From sequence record SRR20825019_659: DNA of 37,804 bases. The stretch is one strand, 5' to 3'. Shown piece after piece: positions 28,553 through 37,687 of this stretch. A program made the position numbers and the translations under genes. Under the pieces are notes generated by a model that saw nothing but the letters and a program-made list of their open reading frames with translations, had not been told where the DNA came from and did not search any database. Position 1 is the stretch's first letter, and each line of letters opens with the position of its first letter.

Positions 28553-29779
28553 ATGAATTACAACGAACAATTCCATGCCCTTCTGGCCGAAATGAAGCTC
28601 GACGGTCGCTACCGGACCTTTGCCGAACTTGAGCGTCTTGCGGGCCAGTTCCCGACAGCCCTGTGTCACAGGGCCGACGGCACCACCCGAACCGTGACGG
28701 TATGGTGCAGCAACGACTATCTCGGCATGGGTCAAAATACGGATGTGCTTGATGCGATGCATGAAGCCATCGACCTTTGCGGGGCGGGAACAGGCGGAAC
28801 GCGAAACATATCCGGCACCAACAGCCGGCACATTGCGCTTGAAACCGAGCTTGCCGATCTGCATGGCAAGGAGACCGCACTGATCTTCACCTCCGGGTGG
28901 ATTTCCAATCTGGCAGCGCTGGGCACGCTGGGGCGTGTATTGCCCGATTGCGTCATCTTTTCCGATGCGCTCAACCATAACTCAATGATCGAGGGCATAA
29001 GACGCTCAGGTGCCGAAAAGCATATCTTCCGCCACAATGATGTTGCGCATCTGGACGAACTCATGGCCGGGATTGATCCGGACCGCCCGAAGATCGTGGC
29101 GTTTGAAAGCGTTTACAGCATGGACGGCGATATCGCACCGATAGCTGATATCTGCGACGTCGCCGACAAATACGGTGCGATCACCTATCTCGATGAGGTT
29201 CATGCCGTTGGCCTTTATGGCCCGGACGGCGGCGGCATTGCCGACCGTGAAGGGCTCTCCCATCGTCTGACGATCATCGAGGGTACGCTCGCCAAGGCGT
29301 TTGGCGTGATGGGCGGCTATGTCACGGGCCCGGCGCTGCTGATGGATGTCGTGCGCAGCATGGCTGACAGTTTCATCTTTACCACGTCGCTCTGTCCGCA
29401 TCTGGCAGCCGGTGCACTGGCGGCGATCCGCCATGTCCGGTCTCACCCGGAAGACCGCGCCCTGCAGGCTGAAAATGCGGCAAGGCTGAAGGCGATGTTG
29501 ATGGCAGCAGGCCTGCCGGTTCTCGATACGCCAAGCCATATCCTGCCCGTGATTGTCGGCGATGCGCATCTGTGTCGTCAAATCTGCGAACGGTTGCTGG
29601 ACGAGCACGATATCTATGTTCAGCCGATCAACTATCCAACGGTCGCACGCGGCCAGGAGCGGCTTCGCATCACCCCGACGCCATTCCACACCGAGGCGCA
29701 CATGCGCACGCTGGTCGATGCGCTTGTCGAAGCCGGGCAGGCGCTCGGCTGGTTCGACACTGCCCGCCAGGTCGCCTGA
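28553..29779 (+). CDS. hemA: 5-aminolevulinate synthase
   Basis: [53 protein letters not shown] (PLP lysine), [10 protein letters not shown]. Confidence 0.96.
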   Translation: MNYNEQFHALLAEMKLDGRYRTFAELERLAGQFPTALCHRADGTTRTVTVWCSNDYLGMGQNTDVLDAMHEAIDLCGAGTGGTRNISGTNSRHIALETELADLHGKETALIFTSGWISNLAALGTLGRVLPDCVIFSDALNHNSMIEGIRRSGAEKHIFRHNDVAHLDELMAGIDPDRPKIVAFESVYSMDGDIAPIADICDVADKYGAITYLDEVHAVGLYGPDGGGIADREGLSHRLTIIEGTLAKAFGVMGGYVTGPALLMDVVRSMADSFIFTTSLCPHLAAGALAAIRHVRSHPEDRALQAENAARLKAMLMAAGLPVLDTPSHILPVIVGDAHLCRQICERLLDEHDIYVQPINYPTVARGQERLRITPTPFHTEAHMRTLVDALVEAGQALGWFDTARQVA

Positions 29780-30194
29780 GGCTCCACGGTCTCGCAACCG
29801 ACTTCACAAGACAACACAAAGTGACAGGGTCAGAACGATGAATTGGGTTCCTATAGTCCTCATCATATTCAAGGTTGGCGTGTTGGGAACGGCGATGTTT
29901 TTCGCAATTAAATCGCACCGCGATGGCGAAAAGGAGCAAAAGCGACTGAGGGAAGCCAGCGCGCAGGAAACACCCGCTGAGAGTGCTTTTGATGCTTCAA
30001 CGCCTGACATAAAGGCCGACGGGTGACATCAAAATGAGCAGAACTGGCTGACTGCATGGCAAGGAGTGAGCGTTGAATTTCGCACCAGGCTGAATTTCCA
30101 ATCCGGCTCCGCCGGGCAGGCTTGGTCGTATGATGCGCTTGTCGAGACCGGGCAGGCGTTTGGCTGGCTCGACACTGCTCGCCAGGTCGGCTGA
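29717..30194 (+). repeat. 63 bp direct repeat of the hemA 3' end (29717-29779 and 30132-30194)
   Basis: 56/63 identical by manual alignment; both copies end in TGA. Confidence 0.9.
29838..30026 (+). CDS. Small single-TM hypothetical protein (62 aa)
   Basis: MNWVPIVLIIFKVGVLGTAMFFAIKSH followed by a charged tail. Confidence 0.65.
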   Translation: MNWVPIVLIIFKVGVLGTAMFFAIKSHRDGEKEQKRLREASAQETPAESAFDASTPDIKADG

Positions 30195-30214
30195 AATAGA
30201 TTGGACATCTGTTC

Positions 30215-30643
30215 ATGACAGAACGAAAAGATAAAAAGATGACTGAGACAAACGACGAATGGCCCTATCTCGAACCATGGCGCGTCGGCATCAAGGGGCG
30301 CTGTCCGCGATGCGGTGAGGGAAAAATGTTTTCCAGCTTTCTGAAGCTTGCGCCCAAATGCGATGTTTGCGGTCTCGACTATGCATTTGCCGATCCGGCG
30401 GACGGGCCGGCCTTTTTCGTGATCTGCTTTGGGTGTGTTCCAGCGATATTTTTCGCCGTCTGGGCCGAAGTGACCTTCCAGCCCTCGATGTGGTTTCACG
30501 TTCTGGTGTCAATGCCGGTCGTGCTGTTGTCGTGCATACCGCTGTTGCGGCCGCTGAAAGGGTGGCTGGTTGCCAGCCAGTTCCACCACAAGGCCGAAGA
30601 GGCAAAACTTGTCAGACCGGAGGAATGCGAGAGGCACCATTGA
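30215..30643 (+). CDS. DUF983 family membrane protein
   Basis: RCPRCGEG...CDVCGLD, DPADGPAFF, two TM segments, LRPLKGWLVASQF; alternative start 30239. Confidence 0.85.
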   Translation: MTERKDKKMTETNDEWPYLEPWRVGIKGRCPRCGEGKMFSSFLKLAPKCDVCGLDYAFADPADGPAFFVICFGCVPAIFFAVWAEVTFQPSMWFHVLVSMPVVLLSCIPLLRPLKGWLVASQFHHKAEEAKLVRPEECERHH

Positions 30644-30695
30644 TCATTGGTGTGAGGTCCGTTCACCGTCAAGGACGGGGGCCGTGTTGCGCGCA

Positions 30696-32279
30696 TCACG
30701 CTTCAGCGCGGACAGGCCCTGCATTGTCAAGAAACCGCGTCTGAAATACCTCCGCCAAGACCGGTTTGCCAAAAAGCCATCCCTGAGCTGAAAGATCTGG
30801 CCGCATGGTTTTCAGCCGGTTGACCTGCACCTCGGTCTCTACCCCTTCGCAGATCAGCATGACGTCCAGCGTCGAGGCTAAATCAAAGATATTACCGACA
30901 ATTGCACTGCCGACAGTCTCTCGATCAAGTGCCTGAATAAACATACGGTCGATCTTGATACCCGAGATCGGAAGTTCCGAAATATAGGACAGGCTCGAAT
31001 ATCCCGTACCGAAGTCATCAATGAAAATCCGGTACCCGCAATCGCGAAAAAGCGCCATCGAACAGGTCAGCGCCTCATGATTGGCGGTTGAGCGCTCGGT
31101 CAGTTCCAGTGCCACCTGCTTCGGAGCAACGCCCCGAAGCCTCGTTTCGTTCTGCAGAAACACCAGAAAGTCCGGATCGAGGATATCGGAGGCGATCACA
31201 TTGATGCTGATATAGAAATCCGGCCTCGCCTGAAGAGCATCCTGCATGGCTTCAAGGGCCATAGCGGTAACCTTGCGCGTGATCATGTTCCCGAAGCCCA
31301 TTTCTTCGGCAACGGCAATGAAACCGTCGGGGTAGATCCATCCGCCAGTGTCGTCGATCATACGAACAAGCGCCTCGGCGCCGGTCAGCATTCCGCTGTC
31401 CAGTTTAACGATCGGCTGATAGACCACGACAAGCCGGTTGGCCTTGATCGCATGTTTGAGCTTTTGCCGCCATGACAGTAGATGATTGCGATACCACAAG
31501 GCAGAACCACCGATTACACCGCCGCACACAGCCCCGGCAAACAGAAACACCCCGAGTTGAAAGACATATCCCCGGCTCAGAGCCGGCGGAGAATAACGGG
31601 CAACCAAGCATATGTCATAAGCATCACTGCAACGGGTGTAGAAACGATCATGTCCAGGCGAAAAGCCGTCGGTCGATTGCCCAAGCCGGGCCATCAGCCC
31701 TTCTGTTTCGCCAAAGCTTTGAAAGACATAATCACCGTCATGGGTGACAACCAGGGCACTGAAATCGTCATGATGCGGTTCAATCTGTTCGAAGGCAGCC
31801 GGTTCGGTAAACACCGCCGCCTGACCGTTCGCGGCGACATCGATCGGGATTCCGATCGGGAGAAAGCTGACCGTCTTTTTCCAGAATGCTGTCCCATTCA
31901 ACGTGTCGATACGGCTTGGCCGGGGCAACTGGCGCGGGGGCTGAAGAAAACCCCACATGGCCGTGCATAGCAGATTACCATCGACAATGCGGCCAACATC
32001 GCCCAGATACTGGGAGCGGAAGGCAAAAGTGCGCATCATCGCACGATCGGCATTGGAACAGACGATATTGGATGATGCGTTGAGCTGTTTGAGAACATCG
32101 GTTCCGTCGGCGGCAATCGTTACAGAGCGGTCGTAAATCTTCTCTCCGTATTGGACGATCTGATGATTGGCGCTGCTGGTGATAGCAATGAACTGAGCAA
32201 CAAACGTCAGCACTCCGCCCAGAATGGTACATACGGCTAAAAAGGTGATGTCACTTCGAGACAACCGTATAACATTCAA
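30696..32279 (-). CDS. CSS-domain EAL c-di-GMP phosphodiesterase
   Basis: TM-periplasmic-TM layout with cysteines in IVCSN and LLCTA; YQPIV, EALVR, ELTER, DDFGTGYSS, KIDR, EGVE, QGW. Confidence 0.92.
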   Translation of the reverse strand: MNVIRLSRSDITFLAVCTILGGVLTFVAQFIAITSSANHQIVQYGEKIYDRSVTIAADGTDVLKQLNASSNIVCSNADRAMMRTFAFRSQYLGDVGRIVDGNLLCTAMWGFLQPPRQLPRPSRIDTLNGTAFWKKTVSFLPIGIPIDVAANGQAAVFTEPAAFEQIEPHHDDFSALVVTHDGDYVFQSFGETEGLMARLGQSTDGFSPGHDRFYTRCSDAYDICLVARYSPPALSRGYVFQLGVFLFAGAVCGGVIGGSALWYRNHLLSWRQKLKHAIKANRLVVVYQPIVKLDSGMLTGAEALVRMIDDTGGWIYPDGFIAVAEEMGFGNMITRKVTAMALEAMQDALQARPDFYISINVIASDILDPDFLVFLQNETRLRGVAPKQVALELTERSTANHEALTCSMALFRDCGYRIFIDDFGTGYSSLSYISELPISGIKIDRMFIQALDRETVGSAIVGNIFDLASTLDVMLICEGVETEVQVNRLKTMRPDLSAQGWLFGKPVLAEVFQTRFLDNAGPVRAEA

Positions 32280-32544
32280 GCGCGTGGCTCCCTGCCTCCA
32301 TACGAAACGGTGTAAAAGTGATGCTCCCGACAGGATTTATATAGTAATCAGCATATTTGAGAAGTGATAAGTATTCGCCGGGCCTCAGTCTATGCCGAAT
32401 GTGTTATTTCGAACATAACCACTTTCGTCTCATTCCAGGGCTTCACGGCCCGCCATATCAGGTTCTGCAGCCGGGCAGTATCCGGCATATTGCGCCCCTT
32501 TGCGAAACGCCCCCGGATTGGCTCCGGGGGCCTCATCGGTTTGC

Positions 32545-33525
32545 CTACGGCTTCAGCATCACCTTGCCTGCACGACCCGGCGTGAGGCTTGCTTCCATCG
32601 CGTCTTTCGCGCTGTCGAGCGGGAAGACGCCGCCGGTTTCAAGCACCAGTTCGCCCTTTGCAGCGAGTGTGACCAGTTCGGTGATCAGGCGGATGCGGTT
32701 TTCGGCGTCCATTTCCGCACTGACGCGTGATCCCCAGAAACCCTTTATCGTGATTTGCTTCATGATTATGGCCCCCGATGACAGTGGCATCGGCGCCCCT
32801 GTGGCGGTGCCAAAAACCACCAGTTCACCATCGGCTGCCAGCAGATCGACCAGATCGGCGGAAATCTCGCCGCCGACGGAATCGATCGCCGAGATGGCGC
32901 GGCCTTCGCCGATGATTTTCCGCGCCTCGTCCTTCCAGCCATCGCCCGAGGTCGAGATCACATTGTCGATGCCCGCAGCGCTCAGTTCTGCGGCTGCCTC
33001 GTCGCGTCGCACCAGGTTCAGCAGATGAATGCCACGGGCTTTGGCCAGAATGGTCATGACGCGTCCGACAGCACCATTGGCAGCCGTCTGGATAATCCAG
33101 TCACCCTTGCCGGCCTTCAGCATATCCAGCATCGAAATGGCGGAGAACGGCATGGCAATCAACTGCGCGCCCATCTCATCCGAAATCTGTTCCGGCAGGG
33201 GCAGCAATCCGGCGGCAGGCGCTATGAAATGCGTGGCCCAGGTTCCGTGGACGCCTGCGGCGGCAACACGCTGCCCCATCAGCGCCTTATCGACGCCTTC
33301 GCCGACAGCGTCGACGACACCTGCGGCTTCCGATCCGCCGATCGCGCCGGGCAGGGGCGGCTTGTAGCCATAATCGCCGCGGATCGTCCAGAGATCGTGA
33401 TTGTGGATGGGCGACAGGAGCGTTGCAACGCGCACTTCGCCCGCACCGGGTTCCGGCAAGGCAACGTCACGCGTCTCGATAACGTCTTTCGGTTCGCCAA
33501 AAACGTTGTGTACTGCAGCTTTCAT
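32545..33525 (-). CDS. MDR-superfamily NADPH oxidoreductase (quinone/enoyl reductase-like)
   Basis: SPIHNHDLW, GSEAAGVVDAVG, AANGAVG, DSVGG, KGFW, GKVML; overlaps the TetR stop. Confidence 0.88.
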   Translation of the reverse strand: MKAAVHNVFGEPKDVIETRDVALPEPGAGEVRVATLLSPIHNHDLWTIRGDYGYKPPLPGAIGGSEAAGVVDAVGEGVDKALMGQRVAAAGVHGTWATHFIAPAAGLLPLPEQISDEMGAQLIAMPFSAISMLDMLKAGKGDWIIQTAANGAVGRVMTILAKARGIHLLNLVRRDEAAAELSAAGIDNVISTSGDGWKDEARKIIGEGRAISAIDSVGGEISADLVDLLAADGELVVFGTATGAPMPLSSGAIIMKQITIKGFWGSRVSAEMDAENRIRLITELVTLAAKGELVLETGGVFPLDSAKDAMEASLTPGRAGKVMLKP

Positions 33526-34136
33526 TGGTTTTCTCCTTTGCGCACGTCTTTGATCAGGCGTGCTTTGGTATCGTTCATTGCGCGCTCCAGCGGGCGTTGA
33601 TCATGGGCGAGTTTCGACAGGATCGCGGAGCCCAGCCACTCGGCATAGAGCGCTTCAGCCACCGCATCCGGATCGCTCTGCGGCAGAAGAGATCCGTCCA
33701 GAGCCCCCTCCCGCAGCAATTCCGCCAGCCTCGCGATCAAGATCTTCACGCCATCGTCAAGCACGTTGCGCATGGTCTCCGAGAGGTCGGCCACCTCGGC
33801 CCCCAGCTTGACCACGAGACAGGTGCTGACCAGCCCCGCCTGACGCTCCTGATCCAGCCAGGCCGCACAAAAGGCAATCAGCTTGTCTGCCCCCGTTGCG
33901 TCCAGTGCCATCAATGCATCGAGTCGCAACCGGTAGTCCGCTACGTAATCCTGCAACAGCGCTTCGCCGAACGCCTCCTTTGACGGGAAGTAATAGTAAA
34001 ATGACCCCTTCGGCACACCACAGGCCTTAAGGATCATGGACAACCCGACAGCACTGAAACCACCCTTTGTCACCAGCTGACGGCCGGTGGCGAGGATTTT
34101 CTGGCGGGTTTGATCAGATTTGCTTTGCTGTGTCAT
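33522..34136 (-). CDS. nemR: TetR family regulator, NemR-like
   Basis: GFSAVGLSMILKACGVPKGSFYYYFPSKEAFG; CLVVKLGAEVADLSE with the NemR-type sensing cysteine. Confidence 0.8.
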   Translation of the reverse strand: MTQQSKSDQTRQKILATGRQLVTKGGFSAVGLSMILKACGVPKGSFYYYFPSKEAFGEALLQDYVADYRLRLDALMALDATGADKLIAFCAAWLDQERQAGLVSTCLVVKLGAEVADLSETMRNVLDDGVKILIARLAELLREGALDGSLLPQSDPDAVAEALYAEWLGSAILSKLAHDQRPLERAMNDTKARLIKDVRKGENQ

Positions 34137-34143
34137 GCATACT

Positions 34144-34187
34144 ATATAGACCATAACCGACCGATCGTCTAGTAGTTGACCGGTCTA
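34144..34187 (-). promoter_or_regulatory. nemR promoter with tandem NemR-type operators
   Basis: CTAGAC(34172-34167)-N17-CTATAT(34149-34144), 7 nt before the ATG; TAGAC/GTCTA-type boxes at 34157-34171 and 34173-34187. Confidence 0.65.
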
Positions 34188-34392
34188 TTTTCTTGTTTGT
34201 CATCGAAGGTGAAAATCGCCTTTGAGGCACGCAACGTCGTTGAGAAGTCACCGAAGGCAAGGCGCGCCATATACCCCTTTTGAAATCGGTGTATGCGCGC
34301 GGCCTGTCTGTCTTGCGATCCGACCCGCATGCAGGCAGGATGCCTTTTAATGATATAAACGGGCATTGCCCCGACGCCGAAGAGGATGCGTA

Positions 34393-35253
34393 ATGTCTAT
34401 TCCGCTGATCAAGAGTACAAAGCCGATGCCCGACCACGGCCATGAAAAGGCCTTCGAGCCATCCCCCCTTTCTCTTCGGATGTTCACGGTCGACAAAACC
34501 GACCTTGACGGCTCCGATTACGCGGATGCCTACCGGGGAGACCGCTGGAAGATACTGGTTGTCGGATCGGATCAACAATATCTGGAAATGGCCAATGGCA
34601 CTTACTTTTCGACCGGCAACCACCCTGTCGAAACCCTCGTGCCGATGTATCACATGGAAAAGGCCGGTTTCGGCTTTGACGTCGCAACGCTATCCGGCGA
34701 CCCCGTGAAATTCGAGCATTGGGCGATGCCGTCGAAAGATGAGGCCATCAAGGAATTTCACCAACGGCACCTTGCCGACTTCGAAGCGCCGAAGGCCCTT
34801 GCGCGTGTGGTCGAGGAGCAGCTTGGTCCCGACAGTGACTACATCGGCGTCTTCATTCCCGGCGGACACGGCGCATTGATGGGCCTGCCGGAGAGCGCGG
34901 CCATGAAGGCGGTGCTGGAATGGGCGGCGGAATACGACAAGTTCGTCATTTCACTGTGCCACGGTCCGGCAGCATTTCTGGCGCTTGGAAACAACAATCC
35001 GTTCCGCGGCAGGAAGATCTGTGCGTTTTCCGATTTCGTGGACGCCCACACCCCGCGCATCGGATACATGCCGGGAAAACTCACCTGGAAATTCGGCGAA
35101 GAACTCGCAGCGCAGGGCTTTGTTATCACCAACAAGCTGATCAGTGGCGCAACCTGCATGGATGGCAGAATGCTAACCGGCGACAGCCCGCTGGCGAGCA
35201 GCGCGCTCGGCAAACTGGCAGGCCGGGAACTGCTGAAAGCGGTAAACGGCTGA
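34393..35253 (+). CDS. hchA: Hsp31 glyoxalase III / protein deglycase (DJ-1/PfpI superfamily)
   Basis: FSTGNHPVETL, KFEHWAMP, FIPGGHGA, SLCHGPAA, GYMPG, LTGDSPLA; RBS GAGGA. Confidence 0.92.
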   Translation: MSIPLIKSTKPMPDHGHEKAFEPSPLSLRMFTVDKTDLDGSDYADAYRGDRWKILVVGSDQQYLEMANGTYFSTGNHPVETLVPMYHMEKAGFGFDVATLSGDPVKFEHWAMPSKDEAIKEFHQRHLADFEAPKALARVVEEQLGPDSDYIGVFIPGGHGALMGLPESAAMKAVLEWAAEYDKFVISLCHGPAAFLALGNNNPFRGRKICAFSDFVDAHTPRIGYMPGKLTWKFGEELAAQGFVITNKLISGATCMDGRMLTGDSPLASSALGKLAGRELLKAVNG

Positions 35254-35532
35254 TCTTGCAAAAGCCTTCGAGGCTGCCAAGCCCTGTAACCGGTTTGGCA
35301 AACGCCGATACCGGACTTTGCGTCGAGGCATCCTTGCAAAAACAGAAAAGCCGATCAGCTTTGGTGACTGCGTATTCGTTCTCACACAATGCCGCAGTTT
35401 TCCAGCACGTTCCTTCTCCATGTCAGGGCTGTGGCTCCGGTGACAGTTCCGGATAATACGGAGCAGATTATCAATGCGCGATCAGGCACAAGGACGGTGT
35501 GCCTGGTTCACAAGAGCCGAGACACTTTCTGT

Positions 35533-35892
35533 TCAGCCATTGACCACATCAATCGGGCCATGGTCGTCACAATGATCGCCATGGGGATAATGAAGGTGGC
35601 CATCGACGAGATAGTCGATATGGTCACCGTGCGGCACGGCTTCATGACCGCATCCGGGACCATGAACATGGCCGGGCTCGTGACCCGCGCAACGATGATC
35701 CGGTGTGCAGCGGTCCGGATTTTTGTCGCTGACCTCAATCACATGTTCATCGACATGATCGTGATGGGGATGATGGAGATGTCCGTCATGCAGGTAGTCG
35801 ACATGATCGCCGTGCCGCACGGCGGTATGGCCGCATCCGGGGCCATGCTCATGGTCGTGGTTTTCATGGTGAGGCTGATTGCAATTGGTCAT
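35533..35892 (-). CDS. His/Cys-rich two-repeat putative metal-binding protein (119 aa)
   Basis: 28 His and 6 Cys; two repeats of HxHGPGCGHxAVxHGDH(V/I)DYLxDGHLHxPHxDHxDxH. Confidence 0.85.
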   Translation of the reverse strand: MTNCNQPHHENHDHEHGPGCGHTAVRHGDHVDYLHDGHLHHPHHDHVDEHVIEVSDKNPDRCTPDHRCAGHEPGHVHGPGCGHEAVPHGDHIDYLVDGHLHYPHGDHCDDHGPIDVVNG

Positions 35893-35924
35893 TCTCGTTT
35901 CCTTCCCTTCCCTGTGAGTTGGCT

Positions 35925-36224
35925 TCAATGGGGTTCATGTGCATGTTCGATGGCATTTTCGATCAGGTTCATCACATGCAGGTCGGCAATCGCGTAGATC
36001 GAAAACCGACCTTCCCGCCGCCGCCTGACGAGACGGGCGTGCAACAGGACCTTCAGCCGTGCCGAAACCGTTCCGATCTTTTCGTTCTCAATCTCCGAGA
36101 GTTCGCCGACACTGCGATCCTTTTGCGAAAGGATGACGAGTGTATTGAGCCTCGCCGGGTCTGACAAAGCCCTGAACATCTCTGCAACCTCTTCCAAAGC
36201 AGCGTATTCCGGATGATCCCTCAC
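35925..36224 (-). CDS. ArsR/SmtB family metal-sensing repressor with an alpha5 site
   Basis: FRALSDPARL, SVGELS, RREGR; C-terminal D-L-H-x10-H-x2-E alpha5 ligand pattern. Confidence 0.9.
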   Translation of the reverse strand: MRDHPEYAALEEVAEMFRALSDPARLNTLVILSQKDRSVGELSEIENEKIGTVSARLKVLLHARLVRRRREGRFSIYAIADLHVMNLIENAIEHAHEPH

Positions 36225-36240
36225 GTTAACTCCATCAATC

Positions 36241-36279
36241 TATAGTTCTATAGAATATAATAATATCACCGCATGTCAA
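36241..36279 (-). promoter_or_regulatory. Promoter/operator of the ArsR + His-rich operon
   Basis: TTGACA(36279-36274)-N16-TATTCT(36257-36252), overlapped by the palindrome TTCTATAGAA (36246-36255). Confidence 0.6.
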
Positions 36280-36445
36280 CCGGCAATTCAAGATTTCAGG
36301 CTGCGGCCGATACGGGTGAAGCTGCCGAAGCACACACCGACCCCTTGCATGGATGGAAGCGTCCTCTTCCGTATTGCATTATCTCTCGCCGGTAAAACCG
36401 CTCCACGCCCTTCCGAGCGCCGCTCAAAAGTGTGAACGTAATCCG

Positions 36446-36474
36446 TTTGACGCTCCCGATGCTTTTGTCTATAG
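36446..36474 (+). promoter_or_regulatory. sigma70-type promoter of MFS copy 2
   Basis: TTTGAC-N17-CTATAG, conserved with copy 1. Confidence 0.7.
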
Positions 36475-36511
36475 GCCGAACTCCTGACATTCGAAGACAT
36501 GAAATCCATAC

Positions 36512-37687
36512 ATGACCAGCGAACTCAAACGGCGGCAGCTTGCGCTGTTCGTATTCTTTTTCATCCCCGGCCTCGCCATCGCTTCGTGGGTGACACGCAC
36601 ACCAGCCATTCGTGATCGCATCGGCGCATCGATTGCCGAGATGGGTTTTGTATTGCTCGGCCTGTCGGTCGGATCGATGACCGGTATTCTGATTGCGGGT
36701 TTCCTTGTCAGCCGACTGGGTACAAAGGCTGTCGCGCTTGTTGGAACGGTGCTTATTCCGGTGGGCCTGTGTGTCATGGCACTTGGAACGGCCACGGAAC
36801 TGGTGCCGATCGTGGCACTCGGACTTTATTTTTTCGGACTGGGCATGGGCCTCGGCGAAATCGCCATCAACATTGATGGCGCGGCGGTGGAACAGGCCAG
36901 CGGAACATCCTTCATGCATGCTTTGCACGGATGTTTCAGTTTCGGAACCGTCTGCGGGGCGATCGTCGGTTTCGCGGCAACGGCTATTCAGCTTCCCGTG
37001 GTTTGGCATCTCGGACTGATCACATGTCTGACGGTTCCCGCGATTGTCTATTTCATCCGCTTCATACCGGCAGGCACGGCCAAATCCGCCGTTCGCAACC
37101 GGCATGATGCCCCCGATCCGGTTGAAAATGACCCGTTTCTGCGCGATCCGCGCCTGCTGTTCATCGGCCTGATCATTCTTGCCGTGGCGCTTGCCGAAGG
37201 TGCGGCCAATGACTGGCTGCCAATCCTGATGGTGGATGAACATCATTTTTCACAGGCAGCCGGTTCATTTGTATTTCTGGGCTTTGCCTCGGCGATGACG
37301 GTGGGCCGTTTCACCGGTGGCTTCTTTCTCAAACGGTTCGGCCGTACCAATGTCATTCGCGCCAGCGCGGTCCTGGGTGCAGCCGGGCTGAGCCTCGTGA
37401 TCTTTGCGCATAACCCGGTTCTGGCAGGGACTGCTGTGGTGCTCTGGGGACTGGGGGCTTCACTCGGCTTTCCCGTTGCGATTTCGGCAGCGGGCAGTTC
37501 CGGGCCAAACGCCACAGGCCGGGTGAAAGCGGTGACGATCGGCGGCTACATCGCCTTTCTGGTTGGACCGCCCTTTCTGGGCCTGCTGGGTGAACATTAT
37601 GGCCTGCGAAGCGCCATGCTGGTGGTTCTGGCTTTCCTGATGATTGCCGTTATGGCAGCCGGTGCGGTGAATCCACGATCAGGCTGA
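36512..37687 (+). CDS. MFS transporter (copy 2)
   Basis: 391 aa, collinear with and highly similar to 9929-11104. Confidence 0.92.
   Translation: MTSELKRRQLALFVFFFIPGLAIASWVTRTPAIRDRIGASIAEMGFVLLGLSVGSMTGILIAGFLVSRLGTKAVALVGTVLIPVGLCVMALGTATELVPIVALGLYFFGLGMGLGEIAINIDGAAVEQASGTSFMHALHGCFSFGTVCGAIVGFAATAIQLPVVWHLGLITCLTVPAIVYFIRFIPAGTAKSAVRNRHDAPDPVENDPFLRDPRLLFIGLIILAVALAEGAANDWLPILMVDEHHFSQAAGSFVFLGFASAMTVGRFTGGFFLKRFGRTNVIRASAVLGAAGLSLVIFAHNPVLAGTAVVLWGLGASLGFPVAISAAGSSGPNATGRVKAVTIGGYIAFLVGPPFLGLLGEHYGLRSAMLVVLAFLMIAVMAAGAVNPRSG

Noticed and set aside
32355-32380. Fur-box-like GAAGTGATAAGTATTC upstream of the EAL gene
   Set aside because: Weak, asymmetric match in an AT-rich patch; it does not fit the Zur boxes seen here.
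35256-35345. CTTGCAAAA direct repeat and small hairpins after hchA
   Set aside because: Only two 9 bp copies; not enough for a REP, CRISPR or terminator call.
35389-35997. 202 aa Met/Val-rich ORF on + (and the similar 11169-11567 on -)
   Set aside because: Antisense shadow of the His-rich gene: CAT/CAC codons read as ATG/GTG on the other strand.
36296-37246. Long antisense ORFs over the MFS and other genes (e.g. 2301-3272, 15840-16730, 26898-27842)
   Set aside because: Typical GC-rich shadow frames opposite well-supported genes, with no recognisable motifs.
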